Assembly: GCA_965202585.1 (NCBI GenBank)
Contig: OZ241826.1
Coordinates: forward strand, 18,786,001 to 18,850,000
Length of the DNA: 64,000 nucleotides
Direction: 5' to 3'
From: Thalia democratica
Taxonomy: Eukaryota
The notes beneath the pieces were generated by a model. It was not told the origin of the DNA and searched no databases. It saw nothing but the letters and a program-made list of their open reading frames with translations. This document shows positions 1 to 11,080 of this stretch, piece after piece. A program made the translations under genes and the position numbers. Position 1 is the first letter of the stretch, and each line of letters begins with the position of its first letter.

Positions 1-335
1 TTCAAGCGAGTAACTAGGCGCGGGTTGGATTTGTCTGCGAAGCACAGTCTTCCGAACTTAAAGATTTGTTTTGTTATAACAAACAATGTACGACATAAAA
101 ATAAAATAAGAGATTTAAAATTCAATCAACACTTGTTAAGCTAACTGGTTTACACTATTTTTAGAGGTTTTTTAGTTGTCAGTGTATATATAAAACTATA
201 AACTACTAGACTTTTAGTACTAAGTGTTCTAATGACGAGACAAAGAAAAGAACTAGAAAATAATCTGTCTATGTTGTCAAAATTTTTCTTTTAATTAAAC
301 TAAAAATGGTACAATACGATTGTAAGCATAGAAGA
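1..335. repeat. Segment present as an inverted copy at ~6855-7200
   Basis: gagtaactaggcgcgggttggatttg near position 8 is the diverged reverse complement of caaatctaacctgcgcctagttactag at ~7168-7194; ctaatgacgagacaaagaaaag matches 6940-6965 reversed. May continue left of the window. Confidence 0.85.
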
Positions 336-599
336 TTTTAGAAACTATATATCTTAAATGTTGAAATGTATTCTATGAAATTAATCTCACACGTTTATAA
401 TTTGTAAAGCACTTAATTTTTAGGTTATAAAATACTTCAGTTATAACATATGTTAACCTAGCAAAAAAAAAACTGTTTTTTTAAACAAACAAAAGCTATA
501 GAATAAGAAGTTATTTTAAAGTTCTTGTTTGTTTTTCCATCACATCATTAGTATTCCATTTCCTACAAATAATAAAATAAATTATAATACGCATGAACA

Positions 600-1810
600 A
601 ATAAATGTTATTATCTTGTTTATATAAAATTGTTAGCTATAGAAATTTCTGGATTACTTAAATACAGCAAATAAATCCTAGAGACTAAACATTCCAAATA
701 ATAAGTACTTATCTATCTTAAATGTTTAATTTAATATCTTAAAACTGATTGAAACATAGTAATATAAATTTAATTTAAATGTTACTAAAAGTATAACAAG
801 CACAAACCATATTATTAATAGTATTTGTTGTGTTTGCATCATTATTTGATCCTAGAAAAAATTCTTCATTGGCTCTATAAAAAACAAAATTAAAATAATA
901 TTTTAACAAATAAATGTAAAAATACTTAGCAGTTATTTATCTATAATTATGATTATTAGTATCATAGTTAGTATATTGTTTTAATTTTTGATGCAAATAT
1001 TAATTCACAAAGTATGTGTAAGATACGAACAGTATTACAAACACTTAATGTGCCATAAGTTTAAGTTTTTTAAAAGAAAACTAAAAAGTAAACTTTATAT
1101 TTTTCATCTCATTACCAAATAATTTTACACTTTATAATTAAATTAAATTTTACACTTTATATTTAAATTACAAATAATTTTACAATATTACAAACACTTA
1201 ATGTGCCATAAGTTTAAGTTTTTTAAAAGAAAACTAAAAAGTAAACTTTATATTTTTCATCTCATTACCAAATAATTAAAGTACTGCGTACAATAAAAAT
1301 TACAGTTAATTCACTAGCTATGTGTAAAAAGATACGAAAACTTTTATATCTTAAACTTTTATAAGCTTACTTGAAAAATTTACTTATATTTTGTTTTGGA
1401 TTACGGCTTGTTCTTCTTTATCTTCATAAAAGCCTTTAAAATAATTATTTATTACCGTAAATCTTTTTATATTTTTTTTATACTTTTCCTTAAGACTATC
1501 TTTACTTTCCTCTTCTTTGACCGAGTCTGTTGATTTCCCGTTCTAAAAAAATATTAGTTTATAATAACTCAAGGTCTTAATTCAGTTATACTAATTAATA
1601 CTTTACTTGAATAAAATTACAACAAAATTTATTTTTATTTTTTTAGTTAACTTGTTTTAAATATCTTTCTAAAAAAATGATATTTTCCTAAACTTAAAAG
1701 ATATATGTGTTAGATTTGTAATCTAATGTAACATAGCTTTTAAATGAGTTAGAATTTTTTTTTTTGAAATTTAATACATACTATTTATCTTAGTCATGAT
1801 AAAGCATTGG
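600..1810. repeat. Segmental duplicate (direct) of ~38700-39730
   Basis: Collinear shared blocks, e.g. aaaagtataacaa.cac.aaccatattattaat (787 / 38881), ttagatttgtaat.taatg (1709 / 39620), cttagtcatga (1789 / 39716). Confidence 0.8.
1033..1277. repeat. Perfect 92-bp direct duplication (1033-1124 and 1186-1277)
   Basis: tattacaaacacttaatgtgcc...cattaccaaataatt occurs twice and is identical by eye; the spacer contains two copies of ttttacactttata. Confidence 0.95.
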
Positions 1811-2994
1811 CATCAAAAAAAAGAAATAGAATAAAAATTAGTTTATTTTTCAAAAAGCTAATAACTAGTAGAAAACTAATACTATAGATAAATAAATATA
1901 ATAGTCTAAACAAACTTACCAATACTTTCAAATCAGGAAAATGTTTCAATAGAAACCTAGAAAAATATTTATTGGTATTGTATGTTCTAGTACTCACAAT
2001 AACAACTAATGTAAAAACTTTTTTTATTTTAAGTAGAAAGTTTTTGTAATGCTAAAGGTTAACAATACGTTTTTAAGACTTTTGCATTATTAATGTTTAC
2101 ACTAAAAAACTTATAGAACAAAAAAGTTTGTATAAGTGCAAGTAGGATTTAAAAACTATACTGTCTCCGTATTTTTTTAAATCGTATTGAAATAAAAAAA
2201 AGGCGTTTAATGATAAATATCACTTAATAACTACTAACAAGCGTTTATTTCCGTAAAATAAAAAAAATAAATAACAACCTTAAACTAAGTTCATGTTTCA
2301 TATCTACTTAGGCTTTAAGTGTATAATCTTGAAGACATTCAAACTTATAACGGAAAAAGCTAACACTAATTTTATTCAAGCTAAAAAGTAGAGAAAAACA
2401 ATAGATTTTGATAGGGTTTTAAATTAAACGCAATCACAGCTTTTTAATTTAAATATAACAAACAAAAACAAACTTAATTTTTTTTTCTTCGAACATTTGC
2501 AGCACCTTTTGTTCATTGTTTGATCTCTGCTGAGGCCTATTTAAATTTACTTGTTAAAATTAATTTTTAAGTACATATAAAATATCTAGATAGTAAATTA
2601 GTCTATAGATAAGACTTTTCACCCAAAGCTAAGTTACTTTACCAACTTTTTTACAAGACGTTATAATTGATTAAATGAAACACCAAAAATCGACAACTAG
2701 TGCTGTCAAAGTGTTATATATAAACACCACATTTTCAACTAGTTAAGTAAGAAACTTAAAACCAATAACTAGTGTTATTAAAGTCTAAATATAAAGATCG
2801 AATCACAAATACAATTAGATTATGAATCATAAGCTTCAATAGCTTAAGGCTGACAATCTTAAAGCATTTTATTCCTAATTTATAAAATAAATATAGTTCT
2901 ACAGTTATAAAAAATTATAGAAAGTTTTTAACTTATACTACTTTAAAAACATACTTATATTTTATGTAGAAATATAAAAGTTACTTTAACTAAC

Positions 2995-3110
2995 CACAAG
3001 CTGTTCAAGTTAATTTCTTCATTTCTTTTGTAAATTTGCAGTTCTTGTAAATTCGAACCAGCAAACAAAAGATGAGCGTCTTGATCGAATGTTAATTCGT
3101 AGTTTGTATA
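2995..3110 (-). other. Candidate isolated coding exon of an unrelated spliced gene or relic
   Basis: Minus strand: acceptor tgttttttag|, 116 bp open in one frame (YTNYELTFDQDAHLLFAGSNLQELQIYKRNEEINLNSL), donor |gttagt. No homology recognised. Confidence 0.3.
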
Positions 3111-4485
3111 CTAAAAAACAAATGTTATTTTACGAAGTTAATCTTAATATTTTATATTCACGGTTAGAAGCATATATTACTATTACTTTTGAAGAATCAA
3201 TAGCCTATAACCTTACCAATAGCTTCTCCAAACGAAGACAATACTGATTGGTTTAAGTTTTGCTATTTAAATACTGCAGTCGTCTATAAAAAATTACACT
3301 TTGTTAAAGTCTAAAGCTTTGCAAAGTTTCAACTAGACAGTAATGAAATCTTTGGAAACAGTATAAGAGTAGTTTTTAAGGTTCTAAAAACTATTATTTA
3401 CATATAAGTGTATTTATAAAGCTTTAAAGTTAATAACACTTCATGGTAACACCAATTATTTTTTAAGTGACCTCTATTTTAGCTTCCATATAAGCCAGAT
3501 GTTTAATATAACAAATCCTCCTTACAGTATGTCTCAAAAGTTTGACATTAAAATCCGGCACCATACACTCCAACACTTACATCTGTAAAGATGTAAATAA
3601 CTAATTTTTTTTTAATAAAAGAATTATAAATATAATAATTTTTGACATATATGTAAATATTTTGGTTTGAAAAATCATCTTGATACGTTTATGATTAAAA
3701 CGATAAAATAAGTCGTTTAAAAGTACACGTTTTTGTATTTCTTTCTAAACAGTAGTGCTTTTAATCCAGTGGAAGTAATAAACTAAACCAACTATTAAAG
3801 TATTTTTTTTTTAATTCATTGAAACTATGTACTTTAAAATAACTGTTAGTTTTTATAACCTTAATAAACAATATCATATTTAGTTTTAGCTGCTGCGTAT
3901 CCCAACCACACCACCAACCGGATGTTTTTTTTTATTTATAGACCAATCTTAATGTTACATCACTAATTTTAATTAAAGTTTGATTTTAGCTACATTGGTT
4001 TTGAATTTTGTATTCATTTATCTATGTAGTAAGTGGAACTATGTTCATTCCGCGTTCGAATTTATTATAGTTTATTGATTAGTTTTTTATTATGATTAGT
4101 TTAGTTTATTATAGTGATTTTAAAGTTTCTGTAGGCAAAAACTATTAAGAAAAGATTTTTATATTATTTTATATATGATATCGTCTTAATCAACAGCCTG
4201 ATAATAATAGGCCTTTGAATATATTAGTGCGTTTATTGAACAAAAAAACATTTTCAAAAAATGAAAAACATACGAAAAAGCAAGTAATTTTACAAAAACA
4301 ATTTATAGAAAATAAACAAATACATAGGAATTGTAATTAACGTTTATATAACAAGGTTCTAAACAACTAAATTACTGTACATGTTTATAAACAACTATCA
4401 AACGTTACAAATTGTTTAAATGAAAAACTTAAGAAAAATTTGTCAGTCAATAAATCAACACATTTACTATTTTTTGTTATGTAGC

Positions 4486-5457
4486 TTATACTTTGTAATA
4501 TTTGACACAAGATGGGAAAACAGAACTTTTAGTAATTTTAGTAATATTACAACAAATTTTTGACCATTTTTCTTGACCTACATCATACACATAAATAGTT
4601 GATTCTTTTAAATTATCATAAAAATGATAAAAAACAACTATATTATTTCCAATACTAAAAGCGTCAACCCGACATCTTGTTATAGCTGGAAGTTTTAAAC
4701 TAGATTTTAAGGTTGAAAACTTTCTTGAAAAATTATCAAAAAGTTCACAGTTTGTGGTACTATACCCACCAATAACAAACATTTTGTTACCCATACTAAC
4801 TGCAGAATGATCATGTCTGTTTTCAATCATATTAGGTAAATAGGTCCATTTGTTTTCACGATGATCATACGATTCTACTGATTTCAAATCTACATTGTTA
4901 TTAAAACCACCAGTAATAACAATTTTACCTTGAAAAACTGTACAAGCAGCATTACGTCTAGCTACATTCAAGTCTGCTACTTTATTCCTGTTAAAACTAT
5001 TCATTTCATAAAAATAACACGAAGTAAGATTTGTACCACTGCTTTCAATCCATCCTCCGATTATAAACAGCCTTCTCATGAACGAACAAAGACAATAAAA
5101 AAACCGTTCCTTGAAATAGACATAGTGGTGTTTCCAAGCTTTAGTTTTTTCAGAATAAGTTTCAACAGACGTACAAGAGCTATTTAACTTTTTGTAGCGA
5201 TTTATGTAATCAAGAAAAGCATATATTTTAGAACTTGTAATTGATACTTTCAAAAAATTATGTTGTTTCACCGTTGAAGGAAACTCATTTACTTCAAAAC
5301 TAGGTATTTCAATTTCTTCTATTTGATTCACAACTTTACCATTTCTGTCTCTTCCTCCAAAAACCAGAATACTGAAACCTTCTTGGTTACAGTATCTATT
5401 TTCATACAAAACATTTGGTACAAAAGGAGAAGGTAAAAATTTACTGTTTGATATCAT
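4486..5457 (-). CDS. Kelch-repeat beta-propeller protein, BTB-less, subfamily A copy 1 (323 aa)
   Basis: Single ORF with Kelch motifs (ILVFGG, LFIIGG, ARRNAACTVFQGKIVITGG, SVESYDHRENKW, MFVIGG) giving about six blades; the N-terminus is only the LYENRYC segment, with no BTB/BACK. Confidence 0.92.
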   Translation of the reverse strand: MISNSKFLPSPFVPNVLYENRYCNQEGFSILVFGGRDRNGKVVNQIEEIEIPSFEVNEFPSTVKQHNFLKVSITSSKIYAFLDYINRYKKLNSSCTSVETYSEKTKAWKHHYVYFKERFFYCLCSFMRRLFIIGGWIESSGTNLTSCYFYEMNSFNRNKVADLNVARRNAACTVFQGKIVITGGFNNNVDLKSVESYDHRENKWTYLPNMIENRHDHSAVSMGNKMFVIGGYSTTNCELFDNFSRKFSTLKSSLKLPAITRCRVDAFSIGNNIVVFYHFYDNLKESTIYVYDVGQEKWSKICCNITKITKSSVFPSCVKYYKV

Positions 5458-5949
5458 AGTGAACCTAAACAGAGTAAAGTGCTAAATAGCTGTATATGTT
5501 TATTAATTTAAAATATAATTTGATAGTATAAGAAAAAAACTCTGTATATTTAGTATCATGTTAGTAATAAAGTATTCAACTTAGAAAATAACCAAATAGT
5601 AAACAAATTACTTCATTTAAATAACAATTGATATTTTGTTTTTACAAATACATTAGATATGTGATTAGATTTTTGTCTATAGTTTAATATTTTTGTTTTT
5701 AAAACTATTTAGTTTTAATTCATTACAAAAAATAAATTAAAAAAAAAAGTGTTCTGATAGTTTATTACATTTATTAAATTCTTAAAAACTAATTTTAGAT
5801 TTTCTACAGCCCTGTCAAAGGGGGCATTGAAAAAAAATGTTATGGAAAACCTTATCTAAACTTATAAACATCAACTACAATCTAAAGATACGATATCTGT
5901 AAAGTCACTGTTGTAAGCATATGTAGTTTTATTAAAAAGAAAGCTTTTT

Positions 5950-6530
5950 TCTTAATACTTTTTATTTATAAATTATCTGTTACTTATTATTACTGTACTG
6001 TCTTTTAGCAGTCTTGTGTTTTGTATTGAATTCAGAAATATCAGAAAATTCCTGTTGACATTTTGTTTAAGTTTACTTTGGATAAAAATACAAAATGGTT
6101 GTAGCTTCTAAAAAGCTAAGAAAGAAGCGTTGATAGAATAAGGAAAATTCATTTTAATTCTAACTAAATAACTTAAAAGATTGTAAAAAAAACTGATATA
6201 CTCATAAAGTACTTTGACAAAAACGAAATTATATATTTTTAAAACATAAATTTTTGATAAGATTAAAGTGTATCAATTTTTATTTCTATAAAAAATATTT
6301 AAAATGTGTATAGTTTTTTGTATAAAAATTTAGTTAAGAAGTTTAGCTTTTGTTTCAAAACTCACAAAATTAAAATTTAAGTATCGAAAAGTAATTTAGT
6401 TCAGATGCAAACATTTTTTTAAATATCATTGTAAAAAGTAATAAAATAACGGAACTTAAGTGTTAACTAATAAATGATTAATTTAGTAGTAACTTAAACT
6501 TATAATAGAATGTTAACATAAAAAGCAACA
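5950..6530. repeat. ~580-bp dispersed module; inverted copies at ~18480-19035 and ~22925-23366
   Basis: Shared blocks such as ttgtagcttctaaaaagctaa, agttcagatgcaaacatttt and tttagtagtaactt.aacttataatagaa appear as reverse complements at both other sites. Confidence 0.85.
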
Positions 6531-7453
6531 AAATAAGTAATACCTACTTTCATTTTATTTTTTTATTGTCAAACTACTTAATTAATGAATTTTACGAAGT
6601 TACACTGATGGAATTGACTTCTTTTTCTATCATAAGTAAACTTTAACACAGTAGCTTTAGCTTTTTGAAAGCAGTGTATATTTTTGTACAAAATTAATGA
6701 CTGATTAAAATTCGTTTTAACTCAAAATGAAAAACTGTAAGGCTAGTGAAAAACTGCTATACTCATGAAAGAATTTTGCATAAACGTAATTAAATTTTTA
6801 TAAACATTTAATTTAAGATAAAATTAGAGTATATATAATTTTGGTCCAAAAAGCTACTATGTTCCTAATTGTGTTGTATCATTTTTATTTAATTAATAAC
6901 AGAAAAAAAAAATTCACATCAGACAAGCTAGTTTTTAGTTTTTTCTTTTTGTCTCGTCATTAAAATACTTGGTAAATAGTAATAAAAGTATTGTAGTTTA
7001 TAATTTTAGGCTTACACTAACAACTCGAAAACCTCCGAAAATAGTGTAAACAAATTAGATTGACAAGTGTTGATGAAATTTTAAAAACATATTATGTAAT
7101 TTCTGTCGTATATAGTTAATTAATTCTAAAGCCCATTTCAAAGGTCGGCAGACTAACCATGAAAACCAAATCTAACCTGCGCCTAGTTACTAGCAAAATT
7201 TAAATGCTTTTATAATAACTCAAACGATTAATATTCTTTTAGTTGTTAGTTAACTAAAAGGATTACATAAATATTATTTATATTAAATACTAAACTGCAT
7301 GAGGTTTTTTTCGTATTGTATTCAGCATGACAGTGACCCGCGTAAAAATAGTTTTAGATGTCTGGCATAAAAAGTACTTCTAAATATTCTTGCCCGTCAC
7401 TTATACTAGGGTACAGTTATAAGCCATATAACTGTTTACTAGTTTTTTCGATA

Positions 7454-7639
7454 TCAATAAATTACAAACTCTTTCAATATGATAACACTAAGACACTTCA
7501 TTAGAGTGTAAAATGATTTGTAAATAACTGATTGTAACTTGATTACTTTTTTTACTTCTTGCCACTCATCAATATAAAGAAGAGGACTCTGTATATACTT
7601 TAACTTGTCGATTAAATTTACCGCAAACTTATTGTACAA
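7454..7639 (-). mobile_element. Possible degenerate hAT transposase fragment
   Basis: LYIDEWQEVKKVIKLQSVI loosely resembles the hAT 'L..eW..l..l..lL.p' segment; weak and short. Confidence 0.25.
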
Positions 7640-8145
7640 GTAAAGGTTTGTTAATGAAGAAATATAGTTTTAACTATACAAGTTGTCAATAAAGACTATT
7701 ACGTAGAGAAGTTTAACACAAATATACTTTACTTGAACTGTTTAAGCTGATAATAAAAATATACACTTTAAATTATTAAAAAGAAACAAATAAATTTTGA
7801 AAGATTTATGAGGTTGTAATAAAACAGTAAAGTATATGGATGCACGACTATACAAGTTCTAACAGTTTGAATTTCGAAAACTCATGTTTTAATAATTTTA
7901 AGTAGATATGTATAATCTTTAATTAAAGTTTTGAGATGTTGCCCTAGTTTTTTTTTTAGAAAACTAAATTTTCAAAGTTTTAATTGACATATCACTATAG
8001 AATACATTTTAGTTCATTAAAATTTTGAGATATCGACAACATACTTTGAAAATGAAGTATAAAACTTGTTCAAAGTAGTTTAAAGTCTGAGAATTATAAG
8101 TGAGTATAAAATGACACAAGAGAAAGCTGTGGTTATCAAATTGTA

Positions 8146-8981
8146 TTGAACTGCTGCAAAATTCCTTGCATTGTCAAGTTTTTTACGTTGATCTCAAAGA
8201 GTATTTAGAGCTTGTTACGGTTGCGTGCACGAGCCAATGAGAATCATCTGACGAAATGTTAACTCGCATCAAAACAAACCAATTAGAATCAAGGCTCATG
8301 ACGCAATGAAACGTCAAAACATGACAACACAGTTTCATGTGAGCTGTTAGTCAGTGAGTTAGGTATGCAGCTCGAAGCAGTATCTTGAACTTATTTGTGA
8401 TTGTTTATTGTAAGTATTGTTTTGTTTTAAAGTTAATATTTCAACTGGTGTTTGTTTGCTTAAATCTTTGAGCCAGATTTATATGTTAATAGTTTATTCA
8501 ACCTTTTACAGTTAATTGCTTACTAAAAGTTTTATTTAGTTTTTAATTCATTGTTTTAAGTATTTTGATATAGATTTAAATAGCTCTCAGTGCTAAAAGT
8601 GTTTATAATAGCAATTTATAATTTTAATATATGGTTGTATTTCTTGTTGTTTATTATATTAAAAATTTACCACTCCAAACTGTCCTGTCTTATTTGTATA
8701 AAGTAGACTAGATAGTATTAAGTATTTTATAAATAGAATCCACTTATAATTTACAAGTTAGCAGTTATAAGTAGTTTAAATTTATTATGTCCAACTTAGA
8801 TAATATAAATGAGATCTGCCTGCAGCGGGTCCTGAACACAAGACTGTTAGAAGGTCACCCCAGCTGCAGGAAAAGTATGAACGAAAAGATCAGGTTGACA
8901 ATCTACCCATTGAAAGTCAACCTGAATCAACTGAGGCTTTGGATGTTGGCCCAGCAATATCCGTAGCCCACAGAATTTTAC
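8146..8981 (+). mobile_element. ~836-bp insertion of unknown type, absent from the paralogous segment at ~52350-52400
   Basis: The paralog runs ...gctgtggttatcgaattgta-gtttagcttggaaag... contiguously (reverse strand); here the two halves are separated by 8146-8981. No TSD seen. Confidence 0.7.
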
Positions 8982-9414
8982 TTTAGCTTGGAAAGTGTAC
9001 ATAAACTTATAAAAGTAATAGTTTAAAGTTAAAGAATTGAATTAAGTTTAGGTGTATTTTAAAACAAGCTAATTACTTTACAATTATAACTTAACTTCTT
9101 TTTTTTTCGTTTTACCTGATTACGTAGATAGTTTGAAAAGTAAGAAAGCTTGTATGAAAAATGTTTATAAAAAATTTCACATGCTAAATCATAATGAAAT
9201 TATTAAAAGAAAAAATAAGCTTGGGGTAGATATTTGGCTAAAACTTTGCAGCCTGAAAATTTTGCCATTTTAATTTTAATTGAGCCGTTTTAAACAAACT
9301 GTTAACATTTTAGTGGTTTGACCAATTAAGATTACTTTATTTCCGAATAACTTTAAGTTATCTTGATGTAAAAATTTTAGATAAAAGCATATTTATTAAA
9401 TGAAAACTTTCGAC

Positions 9415-10393
9415 CAGGGGCGTGTTTTGACTGGTTTCATGTTTCCTTGTGCACCTCCTATAATATTGAAAAGAGAACGCTTTATAAAAAAGCGGTTTAA
9501 ATTGGTTTTATTTTGAAATATTTGACTAAAAGCTCAAATCAATTTAGTTAATTTCTGAAATTGAGTAAAGTTTGATTCATTTTTCAAAGAACTACGTCAA
9601 ATGACGCACTTTTATAAATTTTTTGTCGAAAAAATGGATAAACTATACAAAGATTTTATAACTACAAAAGTTATACAACTTGAAAAATAGATTTTTTATT
9701 AGAAACTAGCAATTTAGAAGTGTTTACAAAACTATTTTTGAATGATTATACAGCTCTAAGGATTTCATTTTTAACTTTAGACACTTTTCACCAAATCACA
9801 TAATAATTTAATTTTTATAACATTTTAAAAACCTTGGTTTTATAACAAAGTTTTCTCTCCAAGTTGTAAAAAAATGGTTCACGTCTGTTGTTAGTTTGTT
9901 TTAAAAATAAAACTTGTTTTTTTAAATTAGGTTATTCGCTAAATTAACTTAACTGGAACTGTTTGACTAAGTACTTTTTTATACGTATCATTGAAACTAT
10001 TTTTCTATTATTAAGATAAGTTAATTAATAATTTTGGTTAGTACTTCGTTTTAATTTTCTAATATTTGAAATATTTTGTTATTAATGTTAGCTTCATAAA
10101 TTTAAGCAAAATTTTCTCATTGTCATTAAAAAAAATATGCTTATATTTGAGTTTTTGTTTACTAAAAATTAAATTTCCGGATTATAAATTAAGATTTAAC
10201 AATCTATTTTACTGGTCTTTTCTAAATGTTTAAAGTTTATACATTTTTATGTATCTGAGAAATTTTAGACAGTTATCTTCTAGAGAGCTATATTATACTC
10301 TAATCCGTATTATTAAAAGCTCGTACACATAATACTTAATGATTAAACAAACGATTGCACAACCCGACTTATGAAATTCTAGACACGCCCCTA
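9415..10393 (+). mobile_element. Old non-autonomous hAT-type element upstream of the type-B Kelch gene
   Basis: Termini caggggcgtgttt (9415) and tagacacgccccta (ending 10393) are imperfect inverted repeats. The 8-bp flanks ctttcgac / ctctcaac, read with the paralogs, converge on a CTTTCAAC TSD; an 8-bp TSD is the hAT hallmark. Confidence 0.75.
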
Positions 10394-10987
10394 CTCTCAA
10401 CTATTTTGTTTATTTGAAACACATTTTTTTAAACTTACAATACCACTTGTGAATTTTTGTACAAGTTTTCACTAAATGATGTATTAATTTTATGTGCGCT
10501 AAATAATATAACGAAGTACTTTTTTACTAATAAAAATTACTATATGATAGTTTTATTTTTAGTAAGCATGTAAGGTTTTGGTTGTTTATTTATGAATTAT
10601 GTATTTTTAGCTCTACAACGATGTTTACAATCTAAAGTTTGTTAAAGACTAAATTAATTAATTAATTGATTGATATGAAAATCAAAAAAAATTAGTTTCA
10701 ATGTTTTACTCTTAAGGGTTATGGTACATATGGTTTCAACTTCGATGAAATAGAATTTGTGAATCAATGTAAATTAATTAGTGCACAAATTGATTGTTTC
10801 ACAACGTGCAAATCTGAACAAAACTTAAGTTTTAAAGTAGAAACATTAAGTTTTGTAATAAAGTATTTAACCTTTTTAATTATTTTAACACGTTGCTATG
10901 TTGATTTACTTTTAGTAATTGAAAACGTTTTACTTTTTATTTGTCTGTATTTGAAACTAATATATCTTTAAGTAACAAGTTTTATAG

Positions 10988-11069
10988 GTATAAAAATTTA
11001 GTAGATTTTTAAAGATAACAACATTTTCTCACTAAATTTCTGTTTTTATTAGTTCTTACACCTTTTCAG
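10988..11069 (+). other. Candidate 82-bp 5'-UTR intron of the type-B Kelch gene
   Basis: ag|GTATAAAAA...ctcactaaat...ccttttCAG|ctgaaatttaaATG. Equivalent GT-AG pairs of 83 bp occur at 50498-50580 (-) and 55954-56036 (-). Confidence 0.6.
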
Positions 11070-11080
11070 CTGAAATTTAA

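Noticed and set aside
4930-5187. 85-aa antisense ORF, mirrored at 25755-26012
   Set aside because: Shadow of the Kelch CDS. Its recurrence follows from paralog similarity, the equivalent frame in A2 is broken by a TAG, and it starts at a non-ATG codon.
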